Positions 16,247-26,749 of a DNA stretch of 33,554 nucleotides are shown piece by piece; positions within the stretch are counted from its first letter, which is position 1; the number at the start of each line of letters is the position of its first letter. The DNA comes from an uncultured Ruminococcus sp. (GTDB lineage Bacteria; Bacillota; Clostridia; UBA1212; UBA1255), in the NCBI GenBank assembly GCA_902796205.1, contig CADBOE010000115.1:1-33554 (forward strand), read 5' to 3'. Made by a program: the position numbers and the translations under genes. The notes beneath the pieces were generated by a model. The model was given only the letters and a program-made list of their open reading frames with translations. It did no database searches and had not been told where the DNA came from.

Positions 16247-18700
16247 ATGGACAGATTCAAAGGATTCCTGAAGGCAAAACCTGTTTTTATCGGAGATTAT
16301 GACGGAAAAGGGAATATGCAGGTAGGATTCTGCAGGCTCATCCGCGGTCTCCGTAAAGGAGACAGGGTAAACGCGGCTGTGGCGGCAGGTACGTTTTACC
16401 GGCTGTTTATCAACGGCCGGTTTTCCGCTCACGGGCCTGCCCGGGCGGCCGAGGGTTATCTTCGCGTCGATGAGCTCGACGTGAGTTCTTATATCGCGGA
16501 CGGCGACAATTTTTTCGCGTTCGAGGTGTGCCATTACGGCTTTCCGTTCGGCGGATATTCAAACGACGTCGCCCCGGTGGACGGTCTTCTGCAGGCCGAG
16601 ATCACGCGGCCCGGAAAAAGCGGGGACGTGACCGAGGTGCTCGACGCCACGTCGGCAGACTGGAAGGCGAGGGTCGTCGACAGCCGGGTGAGAGCGACCG
16701 AAAGAATATCTCATTGCCGCGAAAATACTGAGAATTATATACTTAAAGAGGGCTGGAGCGACTGGCGTACCGATCCGGCGCTCTGCACCGCGGGGACAGT
16801 CGAGCTCGGGGACAAATATGTGCTCCTCCGGCGCGGGATGGCGCTTCCATCGTTCGCGCGCGAGGGCGGAGCCAGACTTACGTCCTTCGGAGCGGCAAGG
16901 ACGGACGTGGACAAAGAAGTCGGAGACGACTGGTTTTCCGCGTCGATAAGAGATTATCTTAAAAACGTTCCGGAGCGTCCCGTGCTCGATTACAGGCGGA
17001 CGGAGGATCTGCCCGCCCCGGCGTCGATGTTGTTCACGGGAACAGCGGGCGGCGGGATCGATATAAAAGGCATCGCTCCCGGCGAGACGGCGTATTTTCA
17101 ATACGACATCGGAAAACCGCGCGTCGGTTTTATCTCGCTGACCGCGGAAACGGCGGCTCCTTGCGTGCTCGACGTGGTACACCTTGAGAGCATGAGCCTT
17201 TTTGACCGCAAAAACGAGATTTCCGGCGGAGCGAATCCGGTGGCGCGGCTGCATCTTCCCGCCGGGAGAACGGAATTCGTGTTTTTTGAGCCCGTTCTCG
17301 TCCGCTATCTCAAATTTTACGTGCGGCCGGAAGCGGAAAACGGCGCCGCGGGCGTAAAGCCCGGCACCGGCACGCCGTGGTTCTCGATGAACGCCCCGGA
17401 GATCATCGATTATTCGGCGCCGGATAACGGGAACGGCAGTTTTCTGTGCAGCGACGAGGACGTTAACCGCCTTTACGAGGCCGCGCGCCTTACGCTCAAG
17501 CTGAATACGCTCGATATTTTTATGGATTGTCCGGAGCGCGAACGCGGCGGCTGGCTGTGCGATTCCCTCTGGACCGCGAGAGCCTTCAGGCATATGAAGG
17601 GAGACTGTTCGGTCGAAAAGGCGTTCATCGAAAATTTCCTTCAGACGGACGCGGAAAAGATTTGGCACGGCTTTTTCCCGGAATGCTATCCCGGAACGAA
17701 GCCTGATTTTTCTGCCTGCCCGGGCCTTCTCACGTGGAGCTTCTGGCTGATGCTGGAGCTTTGCGAATACGTCCGCAGAAGCGGCGACACGGAATTTGCC
17801 GCCGAATATGCCGGCCGCGTCGATGCGTTTGTCCGCGGCAGCCTCGAGCTTCGGGGCGAATCCGGATTGCTCGAAAATACGCCGTGGCTGTTTATCGACT
17901 GGTCGATGTCGAACGAATACTGCCGGCCCGTTTCGACCGCGGCGAACGCCCTTTACGCGCTGATGCTCCGGCGTCTCGGCGAGCTCTACGGAAACGGCTC
18001 GTGGAAGGAGATCGCGGCGCAGATAAGATCCGTACTTCGGGAAACGCTCGCCGGAAGCGACGTGAACCCTTCCGACACCGGAGGATTTTTAGACGACGGA
18101 CTCGGTTTTTCGGACGGAAAGCTTTCGAAACGCGGATATTATTCCGAAAGCGCTCAATATACGATGATATGGTCGGAGCTGTTCGACCGCGGCGAAATGC
18201 CTGATTATTTCTGGAGGATCGTCCACACGACCGGCGCGGACAGGGATTTTGAATGCGACACGAAGCTGGGCAAGGCCGGACTGTTCATCGGACTCGGCAT
18301 ACGGCTCGATATGCTGTCCAAACTCGGCGAGTACGAAAAAATGCTGAGCGAAATGAAAAAGATATTCATGCCGCAGCTTTCGGAAGGGCCCGGTACGCTC
18401 TGGGAAACGCAGGATCCCCTGAACACAAGCCGCTGCCACGGCTTCTGCGCTCACGCCGGAGTGCTGCTGACAAGGGATATTCTCGGTCTCGGCGAGCCGG
18501 ACGAGCTTACCAAAACGGTCAGGATCGCCCCTCATCCGTGCGGTCTCCGCTGGGCTCGCGGCGTGGTCAATACCTCAGACGGCCTTATTTCCCTTAGCTG
18601 GCGGAATCCGCGCGGCGAAAGAGGCGACCGCACCGCCGTTCTCACGGATATGGAGCTTTCGCTTCCCGCCGGCTGGAAGGCGGTTTTTCCCGAGGAATGA
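16247..18700 (+). CDS. alpha-L-rhamnosidase-like protein (GH78)
   Basis: YRLFING..GPAR N-terminal domain, FMDCPERERGGWLCD, FIDW, GTLWE, SRCHGF; start at 16241 or 16247. Confidence 0.82.
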   Translation: MDRFKGFLKAKPVFIGDYDGKGNMQVGFCRLIRGLRKGDRVNAAVAAGTFYRLFINGRFSAHGPARAAEGYLRVDELDVSSYIADGDNFFAFEVCHYGFPFGGYSNDVAPVDGLLQAEITRPGKSGDVTEVLDATSADWKARVVDSRVRATERISHCRENTENYILKEGWSDWRTDPALCTAGTVELGDKYVLLRRGMALPSFAREGGARLTSFGAARTDVDKEVGDDWFSASIRDYLKNVPERPVLDYRRTEDLPAPASMLFTGTAGGGIDIKGIAPGETAYFQYDIGKPRVGFISLTAETAAPCVLDVVHLESMSLFDRKNEISGGANPVARLHLPAGRTEFVFFEPVLVRYLKFYVRPEAENGAAGVKPGTGTPWFSMNAPEIIDYSAPDNGNGSFLCSDEDVNRLYEAARLTLKLNTLDIFMDCPERERGGWLCDSLWTARAFRHMKGDCSVEKAFIENFLQTDAEKIWHGFFPECYPGTKPDFSACPGLLTWSFWLMLELCEYVRRSGDTEFAAEYAGRVDAFVRGSLELRGESGLLENTPWLFIDWSMSNEYCRPVSTAANALYALMLRRLGELYGNGSWKEIAAQIRSVLRETLAGSDVNPSDTGGFLDDGLGFSDGKLSKRGYYSESAQYTMIWSELFDRGEMPDYFWRIVHTTGADRDFECDTKLGKAGLFIGLGIRLDMLSKLGEYEKMLSEMKKIFMPQLSEGPGTLWETQDPLNTSRCHGFCAHAGVLLTRDILGLGEPDELTKTVRIAPHPCGLRWARGVVNTSDGLISLSWRNPRGERGDRTAVLTDMELSLPAGWKAVFPEE

Positions 18701-18818
18701 AAAGGGCACCGTCGGTTCCGCACGCGAGGTTTCCTGTCAAATAACGTTCGCCGAAGTAAATACAAAACGCAAAAACGGCACAAAAATCGGGAAAACAAAA
18801 AAATCCATGCAAAACGTG

Positions 18819-18873
18819 TTGACTCTCCGTACGCCGCGAGTATAATTAACGCGTTAACAATTAACACGTTAAC
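18819..18873 (+). promoter_or_regulatory. promoter with tandem palindromic operator (probable MarR sites)
   Basis: TTGACT, 16 bp spacer, TATAAT (18841-18846); TTAACGCGTTAA 18846-18857 and TTAACACGTTAA 18861-18872. Confidence 0.8.
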
Positions 18874-18930
18874 AAATGCCCGCCCTCAAGGCGCGGGTCG
18901 TTACATACGAAACAGAACGGAGCGGTGAGA

Positions 18931-19461
18931 TTGGACGGTAAGAATAACGGCATCCTGAAAAATACGGTGCGGCTGCTCGGGTGCGTTGATCGCGAACACA
19001 GGGCGATAATAGAGTCGAAAGTAGAGAAGCTCGGCGTCCACCGGACGCAGCACATGATAATCATGTATCTGGCGAGGCACGACGGAGCCGCTCAGAACGA
19101 GCTGGCAAGGGCCTTTGACGTGAGTTCGTCCGCTGTGACGAGCTCCATAAAAAAGCTCGAGGCAGCCGGATTGATCGAGCGCACGAAAAAACCGGGCGAC
19201 GAACGCATAAACTGCCTGTCGCTGACAGCGGAAGGCAGGGAAATGGTGGAGAGATCGCGCAGACTGTTCCGTACGGTCGACGAGGCGATGTTCGCCGGAT
19301 TTACCGCTGAGGAGATCGACCGGATCACCGACTATCTCACAAGGCTGAAAATAAATCTTAAAGAATATGCCGCGGCTGAGCTCCGCGACGGACCGGACGC
19401 TTCCGGCGATAGCCGCGGCGCCCGGAGCGAAGCAGACGGCACGAAGGAGGCGCGTAAATGA
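18931..19461 (+). CDS. MarR family transcriptional regulator
   Basis: QNELA..VSSSAVT..IKKLE..GLIER..DER..LSLTAEG winged HTH; start TTG 18931 or GTG 18925. Confidence 0.92.
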   Translation: MDGKNNGILKNTVRLLGCVDREHRAIIESKVEKLGVHRTQHMIIMYLARHDGAAQNELARAFDVSSSAVTSSIKKLEAAGLIERTKKPGDERINCLSLTAEGREMVERSRRLFRTVDEAMFAGFTAEEIDRITDYLTRLKINLKEYAAAELRDGPDASGDSRGARSEADGTKEARK

Positions 19462-21188
19462 AAAGATGGTTTAAATACGTGCGGCCGTACATGAGCTACT
19501 TCATCATCGGGCCTCTTTGCATGATCGTCGAGGTCGTCGGCGAGGTCGTCATGCCGAAGCTGTTCGCGTCCGTGATCAACAGCGCGAACGAAGGTACGCT
19601 TACGACCGGCGGCAGCATAACGACGATGGTCCTTATGATATTGACCGCGATCATAATGATGGCGGGAGGCGTCGGAGGCGCGTACTTCAGCGCGAAGGCT
19701 TCGGTCAATTTCGCGGCCGATCTGAGGCAGGACCTTTATTCGAAAGTACAGGCGTTCTCGTTTGCGAACATCGACCGCTTTTCGACCGGTTCGCTGGTAA
19801 CGCGGCTCACGAACGACGTGACCCAGCTTCAGAACTTCATCGCGATGGTGCTCCGGATGGCGTTGAGAGCTCCCGGCATGATGATCGCCGCGCTCATAAT
19901 GGCAATATTCATAAAGCCGTCGCTCTCCGTCGTATTCGCCGTCAGCATACCGCTCATGCTGATCACGCTGCTGTTCATTATCCGCACGGGCTTCGCGCGG
20001 TTCTCGAAAATGCAGGAAAAGATCGATGCCCTTAACTCGACCGTGCAGGAAAACGTAACGAACGTGCGCGTCGTAAAAAGCTTCGTGCGCGAGGAGCACA
20101 GCATTGGCCTCTTCCGCAAGGCAAACAGAGATCTCAAGGACGCCGGCATCTCCGCCGTGTCGGTAATGATATTCCTGCAGCCCGTAATGACGCTGTTCAT
20201 GGATATCACGATCATCGTGGTCATATTGATCGGCGGCAGCATAGTGCTCGGCAACGGCATGCAGGTAGGCGATCTTTCCGCGTTCATAACGTACGTAATA
20301 CAGATCCTCTCGTCTCTCGTGATGATCACGTTCATGCTGATGATGTCGTCGCGCGCGATGGCCTCCGGGAAGAGGATCATAGCGGTTCTGGACGAAAAGC
20401 TCGATATTTCCGATGAAAATGCCGCATATCCCGACAAAAAAGTGGAAAGAGGAAGCATCGAATTCCGCAACGTCTCGTTCCGTTACTATAAAAGCAGCGA
20501 GGACAAGGTGCTGGACGGTATAAATCTCTCCATCCCGGACGGATCGATCGTAGGTATCATCGGCTCGACAGGCTCCGGAAAAACTACGCTGGTATCAATG
20601 ATCCCGCGCCTTTACGACTGCGACGACGGAGAGGTGCTGGTCGACGGCGTCAACGTCCGCGATTACTCTCTCGTGAATCTTCGCGACGGCATCGGCATGG
20701 TGCTCCAGAAAAACACGCTGTTCTCCGGAAGCATCGCCGACAATCTCCGGTGGGGCGACGAGAACGCCACCGATGACGAAATGCGCGAATTCGCCGTATA
20801 CGCACAGGCGGACAAATTCGTCAGCACGTTCACCGAAGGATACGATACGATGCTCGTGCAGGGAGGCACGAACGTTTCGGGCGGACAGAAGCAGCGGCTG
20901 TGTATCGCGAGGGCAATGCTGAAAAAGCCGAAAATACTGATCCTGGACGACTCCACGAGCGCGGTCGACACCGCTACCGAAGCGCAGATCAGAAAGGCGT
21001 TCAGAGAAGAGCTCTCCGGCTGCACCAAAATAATCATTGCCCAGAGGATATCGTCTGTGCGCGACGCGGATATGATAATCGTCCTCAACGACGGGCGGAT
21101 CACCGGGATCGGAAAGCACGACGAGCTGCTTGAAAACAATACCGAATACCGCGAGATATACGAATCCCAGAGCGGAAAGGAGGAATGA
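19458..21188 (+). CDS. heterodimeric ABC exporter, subunit with degenerate catalytic residues
   Basis: TMD plus NBD; GSTGSGKT, VSGGQKQR, LILDDSTS (D for catalytic E), IIAQR (Q for H). Confidence 0.95.
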   Translation: MKRWFKYVRPYMSYFIIGPLCMIVEVVGEVVMPKLFASVINSANEGTLTTGGSITTMVLMILTAIIMMAGGVGGAYFSAKASVNFAADLRQDLYSKVQAFSFANIDRFSTGSLVTRLTNDVTQLQNFIAMVLRMALRAPGMMIAALIMAIFIKPSLSVVFAVSIPLMLITLLFIIRTGFARFSKMQEKIDALNSTVQENVTNVRVVKSFVREEHSIGLFRKANRDLKDAGISAVSVMIFLQPVMTLFMDITIIVVILIGGSIVLGNGMQVGDLSAFITYVIQILSSLVMITFMLMMSSRAMASGKRIIAVLDEKLDISDENAAYPDKKVERGSIEFRNVSFRYYKSSEDKVLDGINLSIPDGSIVGIIGSTGSGKTTLVSMIPRLYDCDDGEVLVDGVNVRDYSLVNLRDGIGMVLQKNTLFSGSIADNLRWGDENATDDEMREFAVYAQADKFVSTFTEGYDTMLVQGGTNVSGGQKQRLCIARAMLKKPKILILDDSTSAVDTATEAQIRKAFREELSGCTKIIIAQRISSVRDADMIIVLNDGRITGIGKHDELLENNTEYREIYESQSGKEE

Positions 21189-21191
21189 CCC

Positions 21192-23129
21192 GTGGCGAGA
21201 AATCTTGAACAGCTTCAGAAGCAGTATAACAGTGCCGCGGGCGGTCCGGGAGGCCGTGCGGGCGGCGGGATGATGCGCGGCGGGAGAAGCCAGGCCGCGA
21301 AGGGAAAGCCTAAAAACGCGGGAAAGACCGTAAAAAGACTGCTTGCGTACCTGAAACCGTACAGATGGAGGATCGCGCTGGTGTTTCTGTGCATGTTGTT
21401 CAGCACGCTCACGTCGCTCGGCGGATCCTACCTCATGGCTCCGATAATAAACAAACTGACGGTCGCCGTAAATCCCGCGGCGCAGATAAAAATGTCGCAG
21501 ACCGAGCGTATCGCGGACGGCATCATTTCGTCACTTACAGGGAGCAGCGCGGAGCCGTTCAGATATATCGTGGCCGCGGCGATGCTCCTTGCCGCCGTAT
21601 ATTCGGTCGGTACCGTTACGTCGTATCTGCAGAGCCGCCTTATGCTGCGGACGACGCAGAACGTTATGGAAAAGATAAGAAACGAGCTGTTTGAAAAGCT
21701 CCAGCGCCTTCCGCTCAGATATTTCGACTCAAAGCCGACGGGCGAGATAATGTCGCGCTTTACCAACGATATCGACAATATGGAGGCGATGGTGAACAAT
21801 TCTCTGACGTCGACGTTCTCCGGAATCGTCACGCTGGCGGGAGTGCTCGTGTTCATGATATCGACGAACTGGATTCTGACCCTGATCACCGCGGCGTTCG
21901 TGCCGGTATTCGCTTGGGGGGGAGCCGCCATCGCGAAACTGTCACGGAATTATTACGGGGCGCAGCAGGCGGCGCTCGGCGCGCTCAACGGCTACATAGA
22001 AGAGACGGTCACCGGGCAGAACGTCATCAAAGTATTCAATCACGAAGACGAATGCGAGGAGGAATTCGGCGCCCTCAACGGCGACATGCGTGGGAAGCAG
22101 TTCCGCGCCACGTTCTGGGGCGGCCTCATGGGGCCGATAATGGGAAACACCTCGCAGATCTCTTATGCGGTCACGGTCGGCATCGGCGGCGTGTTCATGG
22201 TAACGGGCAGACTGACGCCAGGCGGCCTTTCGGTATTTGCGCATTATTCGCGCCAGTTTTCGATGCCCATCAACCAGATCTCGCAGCAGATGGCGTCGAT
22301 ATTCTCGGCTCTCGCGGGCGCCGAACGCGTCTTCGACATGATGGACGCCGAACCGGAGCTGCCGGACGGCGAGGACGCGAGGGAGATGCCCGATATGAGC
22401 GGATACGTCGTCCTTGACCACGTGAGCTTCGGCTATATACCGGGGAAAACGGTGCTGAAGGACATCAGCCTTTACGCGAAGCCGGGGCAGAAGATAGCTT
22501 TCGTCGGTTCAACGGGCGCGGGAAAGACGACCGTCACGAATCTGCTGAACCGCTTCTACGACATTGACGAAGGGTCGATAACGATCGACGGCGTCGACGT
22601 GAGAAATATCCGGAGAGACGTTCTCCGCAAAAATATCGCGATGGTGCTTCAGGATACGCACCTGTTTACCGGGACGGTAATGGAAAATATCCGCTACGGA
22701 CGTCTCGACGCGACCGATGAAGAAGTCATAGAAGCGGCGAAAACGGCTTCCGCTCACAGTTTTATCATGAAACTGGCCGACGGATACGACACGGTCATTG
22801 AGGGGGACGGCGCGAATCTGTCGCAGGGGCAGAGGCAGCTGCTCAACATCGCCCGCGCGGCCATAACAAAAGCGCCGGTACTTGTGCTCGATGAGGCTAC
22901 CTCATCGGTCGACACCCGTACCGAGCGCCATATAGAGAAAGGGCTGTCGATGCTCATGCGCGACCGCACCACGTTCGTTATCGCACACCGGCTTTCAACT
23001 GTCCGCAACGCCGACGCCATCATGGTCCTCGAGCAGGGGCGGATCATAGAGCGCGGCGATCACGACGATCTGCTCGCGCAGAAAGGGCGGTATTACGAGC
23101 TGTACAACGGCATTACGGAGCTCGCCTGA
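21192..23129 (+). CDS. heterodimeric ABC exporter, subunit with consensus catalytic residues
   Basis: TMD plus NBD; GSTGAGKT, LSQGQRQ, LVLDEATS, VIAHR. Confidence 0.95.
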   Translation: MARNLEQLQKQYNSAAGGPGGRAGGGMMRGGRSQAAKGKPKNAGKTVKRLLAYLKPYRWRIALVFLCMLFSTLTSLGGSYLMAPIINKLTVAVNPAAQIKMSQTERIADGIISSLTGSSAEPFRYIVAAAMLLAAVYSVGTVTSYLQSRLMLRTTQNVMEKIRNELFEKLQRLPLRYFDSKPTGEIMSRFTNDIDNMEAMVNNSLTSTFSGIVTLAGVLVFMISTNWILTLITAAFVPVFAWGGAAIAKLSRNYYGAQQAALGALNGYIEETVTGQNVIKVFNHEDECEEEFGALNGDMRGKQFRATFWGGLMGPIMGNTSQISYAVTVGIGGVFMVTGRLTPGGLSVFAHYSRQFSMPINQISQQMASIFSALAGAERVFDMMDAEPELPDGEDAREMPDMSGYVVLDHVSFGYIPGKTVLKDISLYAKPGQKIAFVGSTGAGKTTVTNLLNRFYDIDEGSITIDGVDVRNIRRDVLRKNIAMVLQDTHLFTGTVMENIRYGRLDATDEEVIEAAKTASAHSFIMKLADGYDTVIEGDGANLSQGQRQLLNIARAAITKAPVLVLDEATSSVDTRTERHIEKGLSMLMRDRTTFVIAHRLSTVRNADAIMVLEQGRIIERGDHDDLLAQKGRYYELYNGITELA

Positions 23130-23145
23130 CTCCGCTGTTTAACGA

Positions 23146-25758
23146 TTATTTAAGCCAGACGCCGGAGCCGAGTATCTGCGGCTCCGCGTATTCCGGCACC
23201 TCGAGCACGGCCTGCGTATTCGCCGGGACCGTGACCGTATAGGAATAACCGGGTCCGTCCTTGCGTTTGTTATAAACGATTCCTATCCTGCCGAACGGCG
23301 AGTCGAATTCCGCCGCGAGGCGCGAGACGCCTTTCACGAACGAGGGCTTTATCCTGAAGCGCCTGAAGCCGGGAGCCAGCGGCTCGATGCCCGCGAGGCA
23401 GGTGGTCAGGCTGTATAGGAAGCCTCCGTGCATAGGATGGTTGTACGAAGCCACGGAAACGGGTCTTTTTTCGACAAAATGCATATCCGGCTCTTCCCAG
23501 ATGGTGGTCGCTCCCTCGTCCATCATCGTGCCGAAGCTCGGAGCGAAGCGGTTGAACAGATAAGTCACTGCGTCGTTACCGTATCCGGCTTTCATCAGAG
23601 CGGGAACGAGATATTTGTTGCCGTAAATACCCGTCGGCATCCTGTATCCGTCGTCGCGGATCATGCGGACCGTTTCTTCGAGAAGCGCCGCCCTGTCTCC
23701 GTCGGGGAAGATCCCGAGGAGGAGGGCCACTCCGTTCGAGCCCCAGTAACCGTAAGTATGCTTTCCGGCGTCGTAAAATTCCTTTATGAGCGCGGCTTTT
23801 ATCTCTTCCGCGAGGGCTCTGTATTTATCGCCGTCGCCGTAGCCGAACGCGTCGGATATCTCCGCCATGCGGGCGCAGATCTCGTAGTACATGAAGGTGG
23901 AGGAGTGGGCGACGGGCATGCGGCGGGGATTGTTGTTGCCGCCGGCGGGATCCCAGTCGCCGAGACCCTCGGATATTATGTGATCCGTTGCTCTCGCCGT
24001 CTCGTGATCGACCCATTTGCGCATAAGATCGATATTGTCCTCGATAACGGAGCGGTTTCCGGTATATTGCCACATATAATACGGAATGATTATCTGGGCG
24101 CAGCCCCAGAGCGGGCTGGCCTCGCCGCAGCCGCGTTTTCCGGGAGAGATCATCTGCCACGTGCCGTAAACCTCGGTCGTCGTGCGTATGTCGTCCATAT
24201 ATTTCTCGTATGACGAGGTCATGTCGTAGTTGAGCAGCGCCCAGTTGGAAACGACCTCCGCGTCGCCGAGCCAGCCGCATTTTTCTCTCGCCGGGCAGTC
24301 CTCGGGATAGCCGTGGTAGTTCGAGCGGAAAGTGTTATGCATGAGCTTCTGGAGGTCGTTGATGTCGTCGCACGACGAATCAAAATAGGACGTTTGGCGA
24401 AGATCTGTCGACAGCTGGAGTCCTTTGATCATATCCGCCTCCGGCATCGTGCCGTATCCTTTCGAGAAGTCGTGAATGCCGGTGATCTCCACGTACCTGA
24501 AGCCGTGATACGTAAACCGCGGCCTGTATATCTCGGGCTCCGGACCGCCGCGGGCGATATAGATATCCTGCTGTATGCACTGTGTGGCAAACGCGCCGGT
24601 CGATCTGTGGTCCAGCGCGCCTCCGGCGTTGAGCGCCTCCGACGTTCTGAAAACGTAAACGGCGCCACGGGGAGAATTCGCCGGGATCCGCACCTCGTAT
24701 ATTCCGGCAAAATTTTCGCCGAGATCAAATATCCACGCGCCGTCCGAAGCGCCGCTCGCGCATTTTACCGAAACGGCGGGAAGCTCGCGCATTATCCTTA
24801 CGGGCGGCATCAGGCAGCCCGTGAGCCTGCCTTTGGGCGTCGTATCCTCGACGACGCGCCCCCAGCCGTCGTCCGTGGCGTCCGGATCGCAGAAATCCGG
24901 AGTTTCGAGGCGGCAGTCGTACGTCTCGCCGGCGTAAATGTTGTTGACGGAGATGGGGCTGTATTTGTATTTCCAGTTTTCGGTGTCGGAAACGACGTTC
25001 TGAACGGAGCCGTCCGTGAACCGGATGCGGAGAAGGACTATCGCGCATACGTCGCCGTAAACGAATCCGGCGGAGCCCCATACGCGGCTCTGGGAATAAA
25101 ATCCTTCGCCGAGCCAGACCGCCAGCGCGTTTTTGCCGTGACGGACGAGTCCCGTGACGTCCGTTCCGCGGTAGAGTACCGTTTTTTCGTAGTTCGTCGC
25201 GGGCGGATCGATATAGTAATCGTCGGTACGGAGGCCGTTCAGATAGAATTCGCCGCAGCCGAGGCCGCACGCGTACAGCCTCGCGTCCGCGATCTCCTTT
25301 CCGGGCAGTTCGAAACGGACGCGCAGATAGGGCGCCCATCCGGGGATGTGCGTTTCGGGCTTGATCCATTTCGCGCCCGACCAGCCGCCGCTGCCGTCGC
25401 CGTTGCCGCTGCCGTCGCCGTTGCCGCTGCCGTCGCCGTTGCCGCCGTCGTCCGGGCCGGTCGAGAAGGCCGCCGTCGTCTGAGCGGTCTCGCCGTGGTT
25501 GTCGGTACACGTTACGGAGACCTCGTAATCGGTAAGGCTTCGGAGGACGAGGTCCTTCGCCTGTACGTCGACGCTGTTTCCGTCGTTGACCTCGCCGGTG
25601 TCGAAAATGACGTTTTTGCCGTCGGAAACCGTGAGCCTGCGGGAGATCTGGAAGGTGTCGGGTTTATCCGAATCCATTTTCCAGCTGAAGCGGAGACCCG
25701 CGAGCGGGGCCGTGAGTGTGGTTTTCGTGCCGTTTACGGTCAGATCGTATAATCTCAT
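23146..25758 (-). CDS. alpha-L-rhamnosidase (GH78, full length)
   Basis: DLGENFAG, PRFTYHGFRYVE, EDCPAREKCGWLGD, LGDW, GATTIWE, SYNHPMHG. Confidence 0.92.
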   Translation of the reverse strand: MRLYDLTVNGTKTTLTAPLAGLRFSWKMDSDKPDTFQISRRLTVSDGKNVIFDTGEVNDGNSVDVQAKDLVLRSLTDYEVSVTCTDNHGETAQTTAAFSTGPDDGGNGDGSGNGDGSGNGDGSGGWSGAKWIKPETHIPGWAPYLRVRFELPGKEIADARLYACGLGCGEFYLNGLRTDDYYIDPPATNYEKTVLYRGTDVTGLVRHGKNALAVWLGEGFYSQSRVWGSAGFVYGDVCAIVLLRIRFTDGSVQNVVSDTENWKYKYSPISVNNIYAGETYDCRLETPDFCDPDATDDGWGRVVEDTTPKGRLTGCLMPPVRIMRELPAVSVKCASGASDGAWIFDLGENFAGIYEVRIPANSPRGAVYVFRTSEALNAGGALDHRSTGAFATQCIQQDIYIARGGPEPEIYRPRFTYHGFRYVEITGIHDFSKGYGTMPEADMIKGLQLSTDLRQTSYFDSSCDDINDLQKLMHNTFRSNYHGYPEDCPAREKCGWLGDAEVVSNWALLNYDMTSSYEKYMDDIRTTTEVYGTWQMISPGKRGCGEASPLWGCAQIIIPYYMWQYTGNRSVIEDNIDLMRKWVDHETARATDHIISEGLGDWDPAGGNNNPRRMPVAHSSTFMYYEICARMAEISDAFGYGDGDKYRALAEEIKAALIKEFYDAGKHTYGYWGSNGVALLLGIFPDGDRAALLEETVRMIRDDGYRMPTGIYGNKYLVPALMKAGYGNDAVTYLFNRFAPSFGTMMDEGATTIWEEPDMHFVEKRPVSVASYNHPMHGGFLYSLTTCLAGIEPLAPGFRRFRIKPSFVKGVSRLAAEFDSPFGRIGIVYNKRKDGPGYSYTVTVPANTQAVLEVPEYAEPQILGSGVWLK
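25387..25440 (-). repeat. in-frame 18-bp tandem repeat, 3 perfect copies (GNGDGS)
   Basis: GCCGCTGCCGTCGCCGTT at 25387, 25405 and 25423. Confidence 0.95.
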
Positions 25759-25794
25759 TCCGGAACATCCTTTCTTGAGTTTGAATATTCTTGT

Positions 25795-26727
25795 TTATTC
25801 GAGCGGTATCGAGGAAAGCACCGTTTCCATGTCGGGTATCGACACCGCGGCGCCCGCGACGGTAATCGATATTCCGGCGGCCTTGCCCGCGAGCTCCATG
25901 CAGCTTTCGAGAGACAGTCCGCGCGCAAGACCCGCGAGGAAGTAGCCGGTAAACGTATCTCCGGCGCCCGTCGTATCGACGCGTTTGCCGTACGTGTACG
26001 TTCTGCCGGTGACTTTTTCACCGCCGCGAAGGCATACGGCGCCGTGTTTTCCGAGAGTCATCACGATGCCGGCACGCGGATAACGCGTACGGAGCGCCGC
26101 GAGCACCGCGTCGGGATCCTTTGCCTTGCCGCCGTCCGCATCGCCGTCTTCGGCGAGCCCCGAAAGAGCCTCCGCTTCCCCGCGGTTTACGATCAGCCAG
26201 TCAAGCAGCCCGAGATTTTTGTACGAGAGCAGCTCGGCGGTGATGGGAGAGGGATTCAATACGGTGATCATCCCTTTTTCGTGACCCTTTTCTATCAGAT
26301 AATCGACGTTTGAGATCTCGTTCTGGAGCAGCAGATAATCGCCGGCCGAAAAATGCCCGAGCGTTTCGTCGATCTCCTCTCTGCTCACCATCCGGTTCGT
26401 GCCGCCGTAGATCATAATGCAGTTTTCGCCCGACGGTACCACCTGGATGATGGCGTGACCGGTCGGAACGCCGGGATCGGTCCTCAGGAAAGTGCAATCA
26501 ACGCCGGCTTTTTCCAGAAAAGCTCTGAGCGTTTCGCCGTCGGCCCCGATCTTTCCGCCGTGGTACACCTCCGCGCCCGCCCGCGCCAGCGCGACGGACT
26601 GGTTGAGCCCCTTGCCGCCGGTGTGAGTGGCGCAATCCGTGGCCGAAAGCGTCTCTCCGGCCGTGACGAAAGCCGGCATCTGATATACGTGGTCAACGTT
26701 CAGCGATCCGTAATTAAGTATTTTCAT
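25795..26727 (-). CDS. rbsK: ribokinase / PfkB family sugar kinase
   Basis: GSLNVD, GGKGLNQS, LLLQNEI, LNPSP, VDTTGAGDTF; substrate not certain. Confidence 0.85.
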   Translation of the reverse strand: MKILNYGSLNVDHVYQMPAFVTAGETLSATDCATHTGGKGLNQSVALARAGAEVYHGGKIGADGETLRAFLEKAGVDCTFLRTDPGVPTGHAIIQVVPSGENCIMIYGGTNRMVSREEIDETLGHFSAGDYLLLQNEISNVDYLIEKGHEKGMITVLNPSPITAELLSYKNLGLLDWLIVNRGEAEALSGLAEDGDADGGKAKDPDAVLAALRTRYPRAGIVMTLGKHGAVCLRGGEKVTGRTYTYGKRVDTTGAGDTFTGYFLAGLARGLSLESCMELAGKAAGISITVAGAAVSIPDMETVLSSIPLE

Positions 26728-26749
26728 TCCGAAAAACTCCCCTTCCTTG

